DNA of 64,000 bases from assembly GCA_039030515.1 (NCBI GenBank), contig JBCCEA010000009.1, positions 32,001 to 96,000 of the forward strand. Direction: 5' to 3'. The position numbers were made by a program, and so were the translations under genes. Origin of the DNA: Myxococcota bacterium. Its GTDB lineage: Bacteria; Myxococcota_A; Polyangia; Polyangiales; Houyiibacteriaceae. The notes beneath the pieces were generated by a model. It did not search any database, was not told the DNA's origin, and was given only the letters and a program-made list of their open reading frames with translations. This document shows positions 48,014 through 57,582 of the stretch, piece after piece; the first letter of the stretch is position 1, and the number at the start of each line of letters is the position of its first letter.

Positions 48014-49489
48014 ATGATCGCAGACGACAAAAGCCGCGACATCGAGAGCGACAGGCCTGCTACGATTCTGGAGATGTCTTCATCGACACCAATGGCCCCT
48101 TCGCCAACGAAGGTCACCTATATCGACGGGCGAGCAGCAACGATAACACTACGCCGCTGCCGAATAGACGTTCTTCAAGGTGGAACTTGGGTTTCAAATA
48201 CCTTCGATCGAGATCGAATCACCATCGGCGCAACCGCCGACAACGATCTGGTCATCGACGATGAGACCGTGAGCCGCAACCACTGTCAGATCTTCGTCGA
48301 AGGCGAGCACTATATGATTCGCGACCTGGGTTCCACAAATGGAACCTTCGTCAATCGATTGCGGGTGCGCGAAGCCTGGTTGAAGCCTGAGTGTATCGTC
48401 ACCCTCGGGAAAAGCGAAGTTCGGTTTCACGCTGTCGACGAAGAAGTACGGGTGGTTCCTTCAGACAAGCAGCGGTTTGGAGACGTGGTGGGCCGTAACG
48501 CCAAAATGCGTGAGGTGTACACCATCTTAGACAAGATCGCGCCCACTGACGCCACGGTGATTCTAGGCGGGGAAACCGGAACTGGTAAGGAAGTGGTAGC
48601 GCGAACCCTTCACCAGAAGTCGCGTCGTCGTGACGGTCCCTTTATCGTCTTCGATTGTGGTGCGGTTCCCGAGAACCTTATTGAGAGCGAATTGTTTGGT
48701 CATGAAAAGGGGGCGTTTACCGGAGCGATCGGGACGCGGCAGGGTGTTTTTGAACTCGCCCACGGCGGCACGGTCTTCCTTGACGAGCTCGGTGAACTGG
48801 CTCTCGATCTACAGCCCAAACTACTCCGCGTCCTCGAACAGCGTGAGGTAAAGCGGGTCGGAAGCGCAAAAGCGATCCGCCTCGACGTGCGCGTGATCGC
48901 CGCCACCAACCGTGATTTGGAAAAAGAGGTCCGCGCAGGACGCTTTCGTGAGGATCTGTTCTACCGGCTCAGTGTGGTGCGCGTTGTACTGCCCCCTTTG
49001 CGATCGCGACGAGAAGATATCCCTTTGTTGGTCGAGCATTTTCTGCGTACGAGCCGATTTAACCAGGATCGAAGCGGCCGCCCAAAACTCAATGAGGTTG
49101 CTCCCGAAACCATGGAATGCCTCATCCGGTACGACTGGCCAGGAAACGTTCGAGAACTCTCGAACTGCATCGAACGGGCAGTGGGTTTCGCTGAAAGCGA
49201 TCGAATCGAAGTTCAGGACCTGCCTGAACACGTCGCATTTGCTCGGCTCATCGGTCCAGACCCAAGCAACTTAGGTTCATCCCAAACATCAAAGGTCGAT
49301 CGTTCGCCCATCCGACAAGGCTCATTTAAGGACGCGAAAGAGCAATGGGTCTCGAGCTTTGAGCGCGACTACATCGAAGACGTCTTGAGACGCAACGAGG
49401 GTAATATCTCACATGCAGCTCGAGAGGCCGATATCGATCGAAAGTACTTTCGCAAGCTCATGAAGAAATACGAGATCGAGAGCGAGTAG
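48014..49489 (+). CDS. FHA-domain sigma54-dependent enhancer-binding protein
   Basis: FHA ([14 protein letters not shown]); [45 protein letters not shown]-terminal HTH. Start uncertain (48014 or 48074). Confidence 0.95.
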   Translation: MIADDKSRDIESDRPATILEMSSSTPMAPSPTKVTYIDGRAATITLRRCRIDVLQGGTWVSNTFDRDRITIGATADNDLVIDDETVSRNHCQIFVEGEHYMIRDLGSTNGTFVNRLRVREAWLKPECIVTLGKSEVRFHAVDEEVRVVPSDKQRFGDVVGRNAKMREVYTILDKIAPTDATVILGGETGTGKEVVARTLHQKSRRRDGPFIVFDCGAVPENLIESELFGHEKGAFTGAIGTRQGVFELAHGGTVFLDELGELALDLQPKLLRVLEQREVKRVGSAKAIRLDVRVIAATNRDLEKEVRAGRFREDLFYRLSVVRVVLPPLRSRREDIPLLVEHFLRTSRFNQDRSGRPKLNEVAPETMECLIRYDWPGNVRELSNCIERAVGFAESDRIEVQDLPEHVAFARLIGPDPSNLGSSQTSKVDRSPIRQGSFKDAKEQWVSSFERDYIEDVLRRNEGNISHAAREADIDRKYFRKLMKKYEIESE

Positions 49490-49496
49490 CGGAGGC

Positions 49497-50555
49497 TCAG
49501 GAACTCGGATGAAGGTGGTCACGCCACCTCCGCAGCATCGCACCCCAGGATTCCACCGATCCGGCTAACTCGAGCGCCATCACTGCCTCCGCCGCAGCAC
49601 AGTCCGGGCGGATGCCCTGAGTCTCTAGGGTTTCTGCAAAACTTGAAGCCCATGCAGCCCTCGTGCATAAATCATCAAATGCAATGCGCAAACTGCCAAA
49701 AGCAACCCATTTGAGGCTCCAGATCTCGTCAGCGACCCAGTCGGCGATCACCTCCATTCTACTCCGCCTGACGGTCGGTCGAAGGGCAGCGCGCTCAAAT
49801 GCCTCGGACCAAGGACGCCCGCGAATCGGCCTGTCGAATCCGTGGCGTCGCAAGATCGTGTCGGCAACCCATCCCATGGCGAAATCAAAACGAGAAGAGT
49901 GCTCTGGATCCAGCCATCGCTGAGCCCACGCCACGTAGGTCTCACCGGGCACTTCCGGTTCAACCCGACCAGAAAGCACTCGGCAGGGGTCTTCACCCCG
50001 ATTGAGTGCTGTTATCCACTCGATTTCACGCTCGCGATAGATCGCAAAGGGCACCCGCCGACCGTCCTCTAGCGGAACATCGACGATCGCCCTTTCAGCA
50101 ACCGGTTCCTGCTGCTCATCCAAAATGGATAAGCTCGCTTCCTCCAAAGAAATGGCAGGCCGCGTGCCAACAGTACGGCAGGGACAACGATGCTCGGTGG
50201 TGATCCTGCCCCCAAGCGGGGTTGCCGTAAGTCCGTAAGGGTAACGACGACAGCTGGTGGGCTTTACCGGCGCGCCTAACTTCTGGTGTAAAATGCAACC
50301 ATCTGGCTGCCAGAAAACACAAGTTCCATCGTCTTTAAAGCTAATGCAGTCCGCATCCTCAGCCTCTGCGCGAGATACCGCCTCAGGGGCCACAAGCGTC
50401 AGCAGTTGAGACTCATCGTCGCTTAGAGGACCGATGCCGTGAATGTCGCTACAGCACAGCCCGTCTCCAAGACAGAGAAACCCTGCGCCAGGTCTGGTCT
50501 GCAGGGGCTCGAGTCGCGGCTCGTCTGCGAGATCAGTCGGGAGCATCGGTCGCAT
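49497..50555 (-). CDS. YkgJ-like cysteine-cluster protein
   Basis: FLCLGDGLCC, GTCVF, GCILH, KPTSCRRYP, CPC. Confidence 0.75.
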   Translation of the reverse strand: MRPMLPTDLADEPRLEPLQTRPGAGFLCLGDGLCCSDIHGIGPLSDDESQLLTLVAPEAVSRAEAEDADCISFKDDGTCVFWQPDGCILHQKLGAPVKPTSCRRYPYGLTATPLGGRITTEHRCPCRTVGTRPAISLEEASLSILDEQQEPVAERAIVDVPLEDGRRVPFAIYREREIEWITALNRGEDPCRVLSGRVEPEVPGETYVAWAQRWLDPEHSSRFDFAMGWVADTILRRHGFDRPIRGRPWSEAFERAALRPTVRRSRMEVIADWVADEIWSLKWVAFGSLRIAFDDLCTRAAWASSFAETLETQGIRPDCAAAEAVMALELAGSVESWGAMLRRWRDHLHPSS

Positions 50556-52743
50556 CGGAGTGCGTAGTCGAACGCGCAGGCGTTCCAAAATCCACCGAGC
50601 GAACGAGCAGTTCAGCCAGATCCAACTGCTGAATCTCCTCGTCTTTCTCTTGGGCCTTAAGGCCATCGCTGAGCATCGTCATGCAGAAAGGACATCCGGA
50701 GGCGACGGTGGTGGCTCCAGTGTCGAGCAGCTGAAGGGTGCGCTTCGCATTGACTCGGTTTTCGTTCTGCTCTTCCATCCACATCTGAGCTCCCCCTGCG
50801 CCGCAGCAGAGCCCCCTATTGCGATTCCAGTAATCCACTTCACGTAGCTGCACACCTGGAATGGATTCGAGAACCTGACGTGGAGAGTCGTACACCTGAT
50901 TGTACCGCCCTAGATAGCAACTGTCGTGGAAGACGACTTCTCCCTCGACAGGCTTTGTGGGGCGAATCTTGCCGGCTGAGATCAGGCCGTTGAGAAACTC
51001 GCTATGATGCACTACCTGAAAGTGTCCGCCGAACTGGCTATATTCATTGGCAATCGTATTGAAGCAGTGTGGACACGCAGTGATTACGGTTTTGCTTGCC
51101 ACCTCGTACCCATTCATGGTCTCAACGTTCTGCTCCGCCATCATCTGGAAGAGATACTCGTTACCTGCTCGGCGGGCAGGATCTCCAGTGCAAGTTTCCT
51201 CTGTGCCGAGGATGGCAAAATCGACGCCGGCATGGTGCAGCAGCTTGGCTACCGAGCGAGCAACCTTTTTCGCGCGATCATCGAACGACGCTGCGCATCC
51301 CACCCAGTAAAGAACATCTGCGTGTGGATGCTCGGCGAGCGTTGGGATCTGAATTCCCTCTGAGCGCAGGGTATCGGTCCAATCACCGCGATCGAGCGAG
51401 GAGAGATTCCATGGATTGCCGTTGGTCTCGATCCCCTGAAACGCTCCCATCAGCTCGGTTGGGAACTCATTTTTCATCATGACCTCTTCGCGCCGCATGC
51501 CGACGATCTTGTCGACGTAGCTGATCATGACGGGACACTGTTCTTCACAGGCGCGGCAGCTGGTGCAGGCCCAGATCACATCCGGGTGCAACACGTTGGG
51601 TACCAACTCAAGTTCCGGATCCATTTGGAGAAAGTATCCCCCTGCGGGAGGCTTCGGGAAGGTGTGGATTTCCTCCCCATCTTCAGGTGTGTTCGGCGCT
51701 TGAGGTGCGTCACCCGGCTCGACAACCGCATCGGAAAACATATGGCCTTCAGACGCGTACAGATGATCTCTCAGAGCCAAGGTAAAATGCTTTGGGGAGA
51801 GCTTCTTGTCGGTGATGTAGGCGGGGCAGTTGTCACTACAACGACCACATTCCGTGCAGGTATACAGATCGAGGATGTGGTTCCAGCTGAGATCGCGCAC
51901 TTTCGCCACGCCCAAGGACTCTTCGCGCTCCACCTTTCCTTCTAGGTCATCCACCTTCGGCAGTGCCGCTGGGTTGCGCGGATAGGTGAAGACATTTGGA
52001 ATCGCGGTGATCACGTGAAAATGCTTGGAATAAGGAAGTAGATTGAGAAAGATCAGGACAAAAGCTGCATGCCACCAAAAACCCACATGCTCGATCATCT
52101 TCAGCGTTGATCGGCTTTCGATGCCCGCAAAGCCCATTCCGAACAGGGAACCAATCGGCTCAGCGGGGTGAAAGTGGGTCGTGTGCCCGAGCGCCTGTGC
52201 CTCCAGGGCGAGCTGGGCGCCCACGTAGGCGAAATCTGCGATCATCATGGTTCCGATGATTCCCAAAATGATCAAACCTTCGATACCCAAGGTCATCCTT
52301 GGGCGACCGACCACGCTGTCGGCTCCCTTGAGGCCCACCCGGTAGTAGATGAACACACTCACTCCGACGAGGACCCCCGCAGCGAACACTTCTTTTAGAA
52401 ACGAGTATCCGTCACCGAGCAGAGTTCCGCGCGCAAAGAGCCCCCAGAAATCAAAATATGGATCGAAACCGCGCCCCCACAGGATGACGCTGTTGAGTGC
52501 GAGCACCATGAAGCCGCCGAAGATCGCCATGTGCGCCAAACCGGCCAGGCGGTAGTACGGCATTTTTCGCTGACCAAATGCGTAGATGAAGGTATCTCGG
52601 ATGCGATCGACCAGAAGCGTTCCCTCGATGGAAAATGTCGGATCGAATGCGCCCTCCGAAAGCTGTCGCATACGACGAAATGTCGACCACGAAAAGAAGG
52701 CCAGGGTCGTGCTTAGCAAAAGCGTCATACCGATCGCACTCAT
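50533..52743 (-). CDS. Membrane-bound Fe-S oxidoreductase (FadF/GlpC/HdrD-like)
   Basis: N-terminal TM region with YSKHFH; CTECGRCSDNCP and CTSCRACEEQCP; CCG domains (WVGC, CPHC, HDSCYLGR, CCGAGG, CPFC). Confidence 0.93.
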   Translation of the reverse strand: MSAIGMTLLLSTTLAFFSWSTFRRMRQLSEGAFDPTFSIEGTLLVDRIRDTFIYAFGQRKMPYYRLAGLAHMAIFGGFMVLALNSVILWGRGFDPYFDFWGLFARGTLLGDGYSFLKEVFAAGVLVGVSVFIYYRVGLKGADSVVGRPRMTLGIEGLIILGIIGTMMIADFAYVGAQLALEAQALGHTTHFHPAEPIGSLFGMGFAGIESRSTLKMIEHVGFWWHAAFVLIFLNLLPYSKHFHVITAIPNVFTYPRNPAALPKVDDLEGKVEREESLGVAKVRDLSWNHILDLYTCTECGRCSDNCPAYITDKKLSPKHFTLALRDHLYASEGHMFSDAVVEPGDAPQAPNTPEDGEEIHTFPKPPAGGYFLQMDPELELVPNVLHPDVIWACTSCRACEEQCPVMISYVDKIVGMRREEVMMKNEFPTELMGAFQGIETNGNPWNLSSLDRGDWTDTLRSEGIQIPTLAEHPHADVLYWVGCAASFDDRAKKVARSVAKLLHHAGVDFAILGTEETCTGDPARRAGNEYLFQMMAEQNVETMNGYEVASKTVITACPHCFNTIANEYSQFGGHFQVVHHSEFLNGLISAGKIRPTKPVEGEVVFHDSCYLGRYNQVYDSPRQVLESIPGVQLREVDYWNRNRGLCCGAGGAQMWMEEQNENRVNAKRTLQLLDTGATTVASGCPFCMTMLSDGLKAQEKDEEIQQLDLAELLVRSVDFGTPARSTTHSDATDAPD

Positions 52744-52853
52744 GATGTTCTCCTAGAGCCGGAAAGTTGAAGCTGGATCCTGGGCACTGACCCGAGAACG
52801 CTCCTTCTGGAAATGTTGTAGTTTTCGAGGGTTCTATCGGCGGTTTGGGCAAC

Positions 52854-53405
52854 CTATCTAGGTAGCTTCGCGTCAAAGAACGCTCGCAGTTTGATAAGGT
52901 TTTTTTGCTCTTTCGCAAAACCCGGTGGTTCGTAGTTTTTGGAAAAAAGTTCCACTTCACTGATAAATTCTGCTCGAAGTGTCTTGTCACGAACGATATC
53001 GGCGACAGCTCTCCCTCGGGCAGAACCCTGCCTGAGACCTTGAACGTAGGATTCGAGCCTCGCAAAGTCCTCCCCAAGAAAGGCGCGAATCGGTTCGCAT
53101 TGATCCGCGAGTGCGACTGCTGGCTGGAGCACTTCTTTCCCTACCCCGGCAAGGTCCTCACGAAGCGACTGCGCTGCAGCAACCCGTAGCACGATGGCGT
53201 CGTCGAGATAGCCGATATCGTCGATTCCGTCCGGAATCAGATCGAGTGACTTGAACAGGTAGTTCAGTCCCCCGGCAACCGCTTCTACGACAGGGTCAGG
53301 CACGCCGTCGTGACGGAGCAAATTGGTCATCAACTGTGCGTCCTCGCCGAGTTGGCTGAGCCACGTGGGGAATAGGTCCAAATATTTCTCGTCCTCTTCA
53401 CTCAT
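52854..53405 (-). CDS. YkvA/DUF1232-family protein
   Basis: YLFKSLDLIPDGIDDIGYLDD motif. Confidence 0.85.
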   Translation of the reverse strand: MSEEDEKYLDLFPTWLSQLGEDAQLMTNLLRHDGVPDPVVEAVAGGLNYLFKSLDLIPDGIDDIGYLDDAIVLRVAAAQSLREDLAGVGKEVLQPAVALADQCEPIRAFLGEDFARLESYVQGLRQGSARGRAVADIVRDKTLRAEFISEVELFSKNYEPPGFAKEQKNLIKLRAFFDAKLPR

Positions 53406-53495
53406 AATCGCTGGCTCTCCGAACCTTGGATGGCGCCCCGACGCCGGCCAGGGCGATCATCATAAGCAGGGAAGCTCTTTCGTTCAACAGACTCG

Positions 53496-54674
53496 GTGCG
53501 ATCGATTTCAGAAGATGCAGGGATATTATATCGTCCTTTGGTGTATCCGCGGATTCCGGTCACAGGGACATGCTATTGGTTGATCTCAACCAGGGTGATC
53601 GCGATCTTCTCGATCACCGCTGCGTTCGGCTGCGCAAAAGTCGATTCCCGCGTTCCCATCAAGCGTCGACTTGAAGGAGTTTCGCGGCAGGGAGTGTTCG
53701 TTTCACCCTTTGCCTACCAGCACTTCCTACAGTCAGAATTGGCGGTCGCTCGAGGCGACTATCGGTTGGCCATTGAGGAGTTGAAACTCGCCCGTGCAGG
53801 TCCCTGGGACGATCCCTTCCTTATCGCTCGCCTCGCCGACCTCTTGGATCGGGCAGGAAACCAAGACGACGCCGATCGGATAATCGAGGCTGGGATACGC
53901 GCGCACCCGAGCGCAGAAAGCGTCTACCTCGCCCAAGGAGCTATCGCTCTGCGACGCGATGAGCCAGCTAAGGCTGCCCTCGCGTTCGCTAACGCAGCAC
54001 GTGTAGAACCCGGCTCACCGAGGGGACCACTCGCGCTCAGCCGACTTCTTCACCTTTCGGGTAACGCGACGCTAGGCGATGCCATACTCGCGACGCATTT
54101 ACAGCGAAATCCAGACAGCGATCTCTGGGTCTTTGAAACTCGAGCGGAGCTAGCGCTCGCAAACGGTTCCGTAGACAATCTGCTGCTGGCGCTTCGGGCA
54201 CTGCAGGAACAGACCGAACTCCGCTCCGGCTTGCTAAAACGAGCTGTCGAGCTGGCCATGGCCCAGTCCCGCCCCCTGGTCGCGCTTGAAATTCTCGATC
54301 TCGACCCCGACATGCTGCCCTCTCAGAGATTTGCCGCGCTCCGTACACTGGGCCGTGGCAGCGAGGCGATGGCGGTGGTCTTGCAAGGTCATCCCGAGTA
54401 CGCCGCCGAAAACCTTCGAGCACAAGCGTTCTTGGAGCTGGGACATGCTTCGCTCGCGCTCGACTTACTGGCCCCTTTGAGTAGATCGCCGAAACGCCGT
54501 TTGATTCTAGGCAAAGCACTGATCCAGCTATGTAGGTATGCAGAAGCTGCGGAGGAACTCAGCGCTATTCCGTTCGGCGCTTCTGTGTTTGTCGAGGCAC
54601 GGCTCAAGCTTGCCGAAGCGCTGAGCGGAGCCGGAGTTTCTGAACTAGCCGCCGGAATACTTGTACGACCCTAA
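53496..54674 (+). CDS. TPR-repeat protein, probable lipoprotein
   Basis: AAFGC lipobox-like; AYQHFLQSEL...; Ala/Leu-rich helical repeats. True start probably downstream of 53496. Confidence 0.7.
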   Translation: MRSISEDAGILYRPLVYPRIPVTGTCYWLISTRVIAIFSITAAFGCAKVDSRVPIKRRLEGVSRQGVFVSPFAYQHFLQSELAVARGDYRLAIEELKLARAGPWDDPFLIARLADLLDRAGNQDDADRIIEAGIRAHPSAESVYLAQGAIALRRDEPAKAALAFANAARVEPGSPRGPLALSRLLHLSGNATLGDAILATHLQRNPDSDLWVFETRAELALANGSVDNLLLALRALQEQTELRSGLLKRAVELAMAQSRPLVALEILDLDPDMLPSQRFAALRTLGRGSEAMAVVLQGHPEYAAENLRAQAFLELGHASLALDLLAPLSRSPKRRLILGKALIQLCRYAEAAEELSAIPFGASVFVEARLKLAEALSGAGVSELAAGILVRP

Positions 54675-54767
54675 TCGTGCATTCGGTGTCGAATATTCGT
54701 TCGACCGCGAATTTGAACCAAAACACCCTGAGCCGGAATACTTTGAGGCCAGTGCAGCACTTGCGCT

Positions 54768-55376
54768 CTAGTAATCGCCGAAAAGATCCTGAATACGCAC
54801 GTCAAGAGCAGTAGCTATTTTGTAAAGTGAGCTTATCGACGCACTCGACTCAGCTCGTTCTATTTGGGATAGAAGCGATACCGAAAGCCCGGTACGTCGA
54901 GCAGACTGCTTCAACGTCAAGCCACGTTCCTTACGGAGCCCGCGAATGGTCTCGCCGATCACTCGATGAAGATTTTCTTCGGGGGTGCGAAGGAGCCCCT
55001 TCTTACGCATCACTCGATCGAGCACGTCTCGGAATTCGTCGGGATTGAAAGGCTTTTGCAGGTAGTCGACCGCATCCATCTTCATCGACTGCACTGCGCT
55101 TTCGAGTTTCGGGTAGCCGGTGAAGATAACCACTGCAACGTCGGTATCCACCTTTCGAATGCGCCCTAAAACCTCTAAACCGTCCGTTCCAGGCATCATT
55201 AGATCGAGGACAACCAGATGATAGCCGCCGGACTTAACGGCGTCTGGGACGTCGTCCGGATTCGACATCGTGTCGACATCAAATCCATCCTTGGTCAGGA
55301 ACGTGTCCATGAACTCGAGGATTGCCTGATCGTCGTCTACCACCAAAATGCGAACGGTTTGTACAGCTCTTGACAT
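54768..55376 (-). CDS. Response regulator with C-terminal XRE-type HTH (DigR-like architecture)
   Basis: [38 protein letters not shown]...[20 protein letters not shown] before ATG 55376. Confidence 0.9.
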   Translation of the reverse strand: MSRAVQTVRILVVDDDQAILEFMDTFLTKDGFDVDTMSNPDDVPDAVKSGGYHLVVLDLMMPGTDGLEVLGRIRKVDTDVAVVIFTGYPKLESAVQSMKMDAVDYLQKPFNPDEFRDVLDRVMRKKGLLRTPEENLHRVIGETIRGLRKERGLTLKQSARRTGLSVSLLSQIERAESSASISSLYKIATALDVRIQDLFGDY

Positions 55377-55411
55377 GGTTGCTCCCGTCATCGTTGTCCC
55401 GAACATTTCGG

Positions 55412-55485
55412 TCGGGGCGAGAGGATTTGAACCTCCGGCCTCATGGTCCCGAACCATGCGCGCTACCAAGCTGCGCCACGCCCCG
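55412..55485 (-). tRNA. tRNA-Pro (anticodon CGG)
   Basis: Reverse complement CGGGGCGTGGCGCAGCTTGGTAGCGCG CATGG-TTCGGGA-CCATG AGGCCGGAGGTTCAAATCCTCTCGCCCCGA folds into a cloverleaf; followed by CCG rather than CCA. Confidence 0.97.
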
Positions 55486-55664
55486 ATTTCAGTGTAGTTG
55501 GAACCTAGCCTTCGGTTCGAGGTAAGTCAAACCGGACCTAGCGGGCGAGAGTCTTGCCGTGCTGGTGCAGACTTCGTCTAATTATTCGCCAAATTTGGCC
55601 GAAGAACATCCAAAACGACCCGGCGACAGGGCGTCGAACCGCGCGGATTCGGGACGTCATACGC

Positions 55665-57011
55665 CTATCCCGATAGATCCGCGCTGGGATCGCCACGCTG
55701 GAATAAGTAGATCTGATAGTTGTCGAGATCCGACTGAGAGTCACCCAGTCGAAGGCCACCGTCGGAGCCTATCAGGGTAGAAAAATGCGCCACCGGAGGC
55801 GCTGGCATGCTCCAGCCCGACCGTTCGGCGAGGAACCTGGATGCGACCTCGGCACCCTCGGAGGGGTGAGGAGAGCAAACCGAGTAACAAAGGATGCCTC
55901 CCGGTTTCAATAGGGTGGAGACGTGCTCCAGAATAGAATGCTGTAGGACGGCCATCCGGCTTGGGTCTTCTGGCTTCAACCGCAACAGAAGCTCCGGGCG
56001 TCGAGCCACCGTGCCGAGCCCGGTGCAGGGCGCATCCACCAGGATGTGATCAAAACGTTCTTCAGAAAGCCCTAGCGTTCCGGATGCAAAGTCGACCGTT
56101 CGAGTGTCGAGAGGGGTCTGAAGCCCGAGACGCCGGTATTCTCGCCGAAGCGACTTCAGCTTCCCGCCGTGAAGATCGGTCGCAACCACGGATGCCGCGG
56201 ACTGAAGCAGCTGCATTGTCTTACTTCCGTGTCCAGCGCAGGCATCCAAGACGCGACCCTTGGCGAGAAGCGCGGAAATCTCTCCCACACGCTGAGATCC
56301 TCGCTCCTGAATGACAAACTGACCCGTGGCATAACCGGGCCACTCACGAGGATCGGCCGCACCAAGTACCGAGAGGGCACAGGGCAACTCCTCGTCCGAG
56401 GCGACCTCCGCATGGGGTTGGAATTCCAGCAGTCGCTCGATGAATTCCGAGCGATCGATCCCGCACAGCCGGACGCCTAGGGGAGGCGGCATCGACTTCG
56501 GCGACACGCGCCGCAGGAGAGAATATTCGCCAGAGCGATCGAGCAGCTGGTGGCTTAGCCAAGCCGGAAGCTCGAGCAGCTCGGATGGTGTCTCGCCTTC
56601 CACGCGCTGAATTTTGCGAAGCACCGCATTGACAAATCCTCCCAACTTCTTGCCGCGTTTGCGCTGCACGATGGAAACCGTCTCATGTACCACCGCGCGA
56701 GGCGGCACCCTGGTCAGGTAGAGAATCTGATATGCCGCCGCTCGAAGGGCAGTGCGGACCCAAGGGTCGGTACGCTTTGGCCGAGAGCAATGCGGCTCGA
56801 GTGCGCGATCCAGGCTGGGAACCACCCGCAGGGCTCCGTACACGATCTGCGTCAGGAGAGCGGCATCTCTCTGCTGCAACATTCCGCGACGGATGGCGGC
56901 GTCGAGCGTCGGCATTGCGTACGCACCCTCTTCAAAAACTCGGTGCAAAACGTGAATCGCGATTTCGCGACTTGAAACGGCTTCAACGCTCATGTTGGAG
57001 ATCACACTCAT
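55665..57011 (-). CDS. rsmB: 16S rRNA m5C methyltransferase RsmB/Sun (NusB-like plus methyltransferase domains)
   Basis: FVNAVLR, IQERGSQ, VLDACAGHGSKT, ILVDAPCTGLG, KPGGILCYSVCS. Confidence 0.9.
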   Translation of the reverse strand: MSVISNMSVEAVSSREIAIHVLHRVFEEGAYAMPTLDAAIRRGMLQQRDAALLTQIVYGALRVVPSLDRALEPHCSRPKRTDPWVRTALRAAAYQILYLTRVPPRAVVHETVSIVQRKRGKKLGGFVNAVLRKIQRVEGETPSELLELPAWLSHQLLDRSGEYSLLRRVSPKSMPPPLGVRLCGIDRSEFIERLLEFQPHAEVASDEELPCALSVLGAADPREWPGYATGQFVIQERGSQRVGEISALLAKGRVLDACAGHGSKTMQLLQSAASVVATDLHGGKLKSLRREYRRLGLQTPLDTRTVDFASGTLGLSEERFDHILVDAPCTGLGTVARRPELLLRLKPEDPSRMAVLQHSILEHVSTLLKPGGILCYSVCSPHPSEGAEVASRFLAERSGWSMPAPPVAHFSTLIGSDGGLRLGDSQSDLDNYQIYLFQRGDPSADLSG

Positions 57012-57240
57012 CTCGCATCAGGTCGACCGTTCAACGAAATCGAGCCGCACCACAAGGCACAACAGACCTCTCTTCCGCTGTCCGACCGATCACATCCTGT
57101 GCTCGCGACCCAATACTGAAGGCTCCGCGTAGAACGTGCCATCGCTTCCGCAATGGGCCCAACGCTTGGATCAGGCGGAGCCTTCTCTACGCAAGGCGTG
57201 TCAGTTGCCTTAAGCGCTTTCGAGCTTGTTTTGGAACGTG

Positions 57241-57256
57241 TGGCCAAGACATTGCA
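57241..57256 (+). promoter_or_regulatory. Candidate sigma54 (-24/-12) promoter
   Basis: TGGCCAAGACATTGCA = TGGC-N7-TTGCA with exact GG-N10-GC spacing, 44 bp upstream of ATG 57301. Confidence 0.5.
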
Positions 57257-57300
57257 ACCAATACGACAAGCCGATTTTTAAGTGCTACTAGTGTCACTTA

Positions 57301-57582
57301 ATGCTCGCAAAGTTAAGTGAAGATCGCACTTACATCGTCGGAGAAAACGACACAACGCACCAGCATCTTGAAAGCGAACTTTTCGGACATCTTCGAGGTG
57401 CATTCACCGGCGCGAGTCTAAACAAATCTGGTCTATTCGAGGTTGCGGATAAACGACTGAGAACGAACGGAGACAAGACAAGAGCAGCCGGATTACTGAG
57501 CATCAGTCGGCGGAACCTTATCCGTAAAGTCAAAGCCTACAATCTAGTCGAATCAAGCGGTTCAATAGAGTCCACTTCATGA
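57301..57582 (+). CDS. Miniature sigma54 activator derivative (GAFTGA loop plus Fis HTH); small protein or internally deleted pseudogene
   Basis: LESELFGHLRGAFTGASLNKSGLFEVAD joined directly to TNGDKTRAAGLLSISRRNLIRKVKAYNL; stop overlaps the next ATG. Confidence 0.7.
   Translation: MLAKLSEDRTYIVGENDTTHQHLESELFGHLRGAFTGASLNKSGLFEVADKRLRTNGDKTRAAGLLSISRRNLIRKVKAYNLVESSGSIESTS

Noticed and set aside
55377..55469. N-terminal extension of the response regulator given in the ORF track
   Set aside because: Overlaps the tRNA-Pro gene; ATG 55376 has a GGAG RBS.
55409..55485. tRNA-Pro as an integration site
   Set aside because: No integrase and no duplicated tRNA 3' end seen in the window.
57008..57247. 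79-aa ORF whose stop overlaps the rsmB start
   Set aside because: No similarity to expected neighbours such as fmt, weak TTG start and atypical composition.
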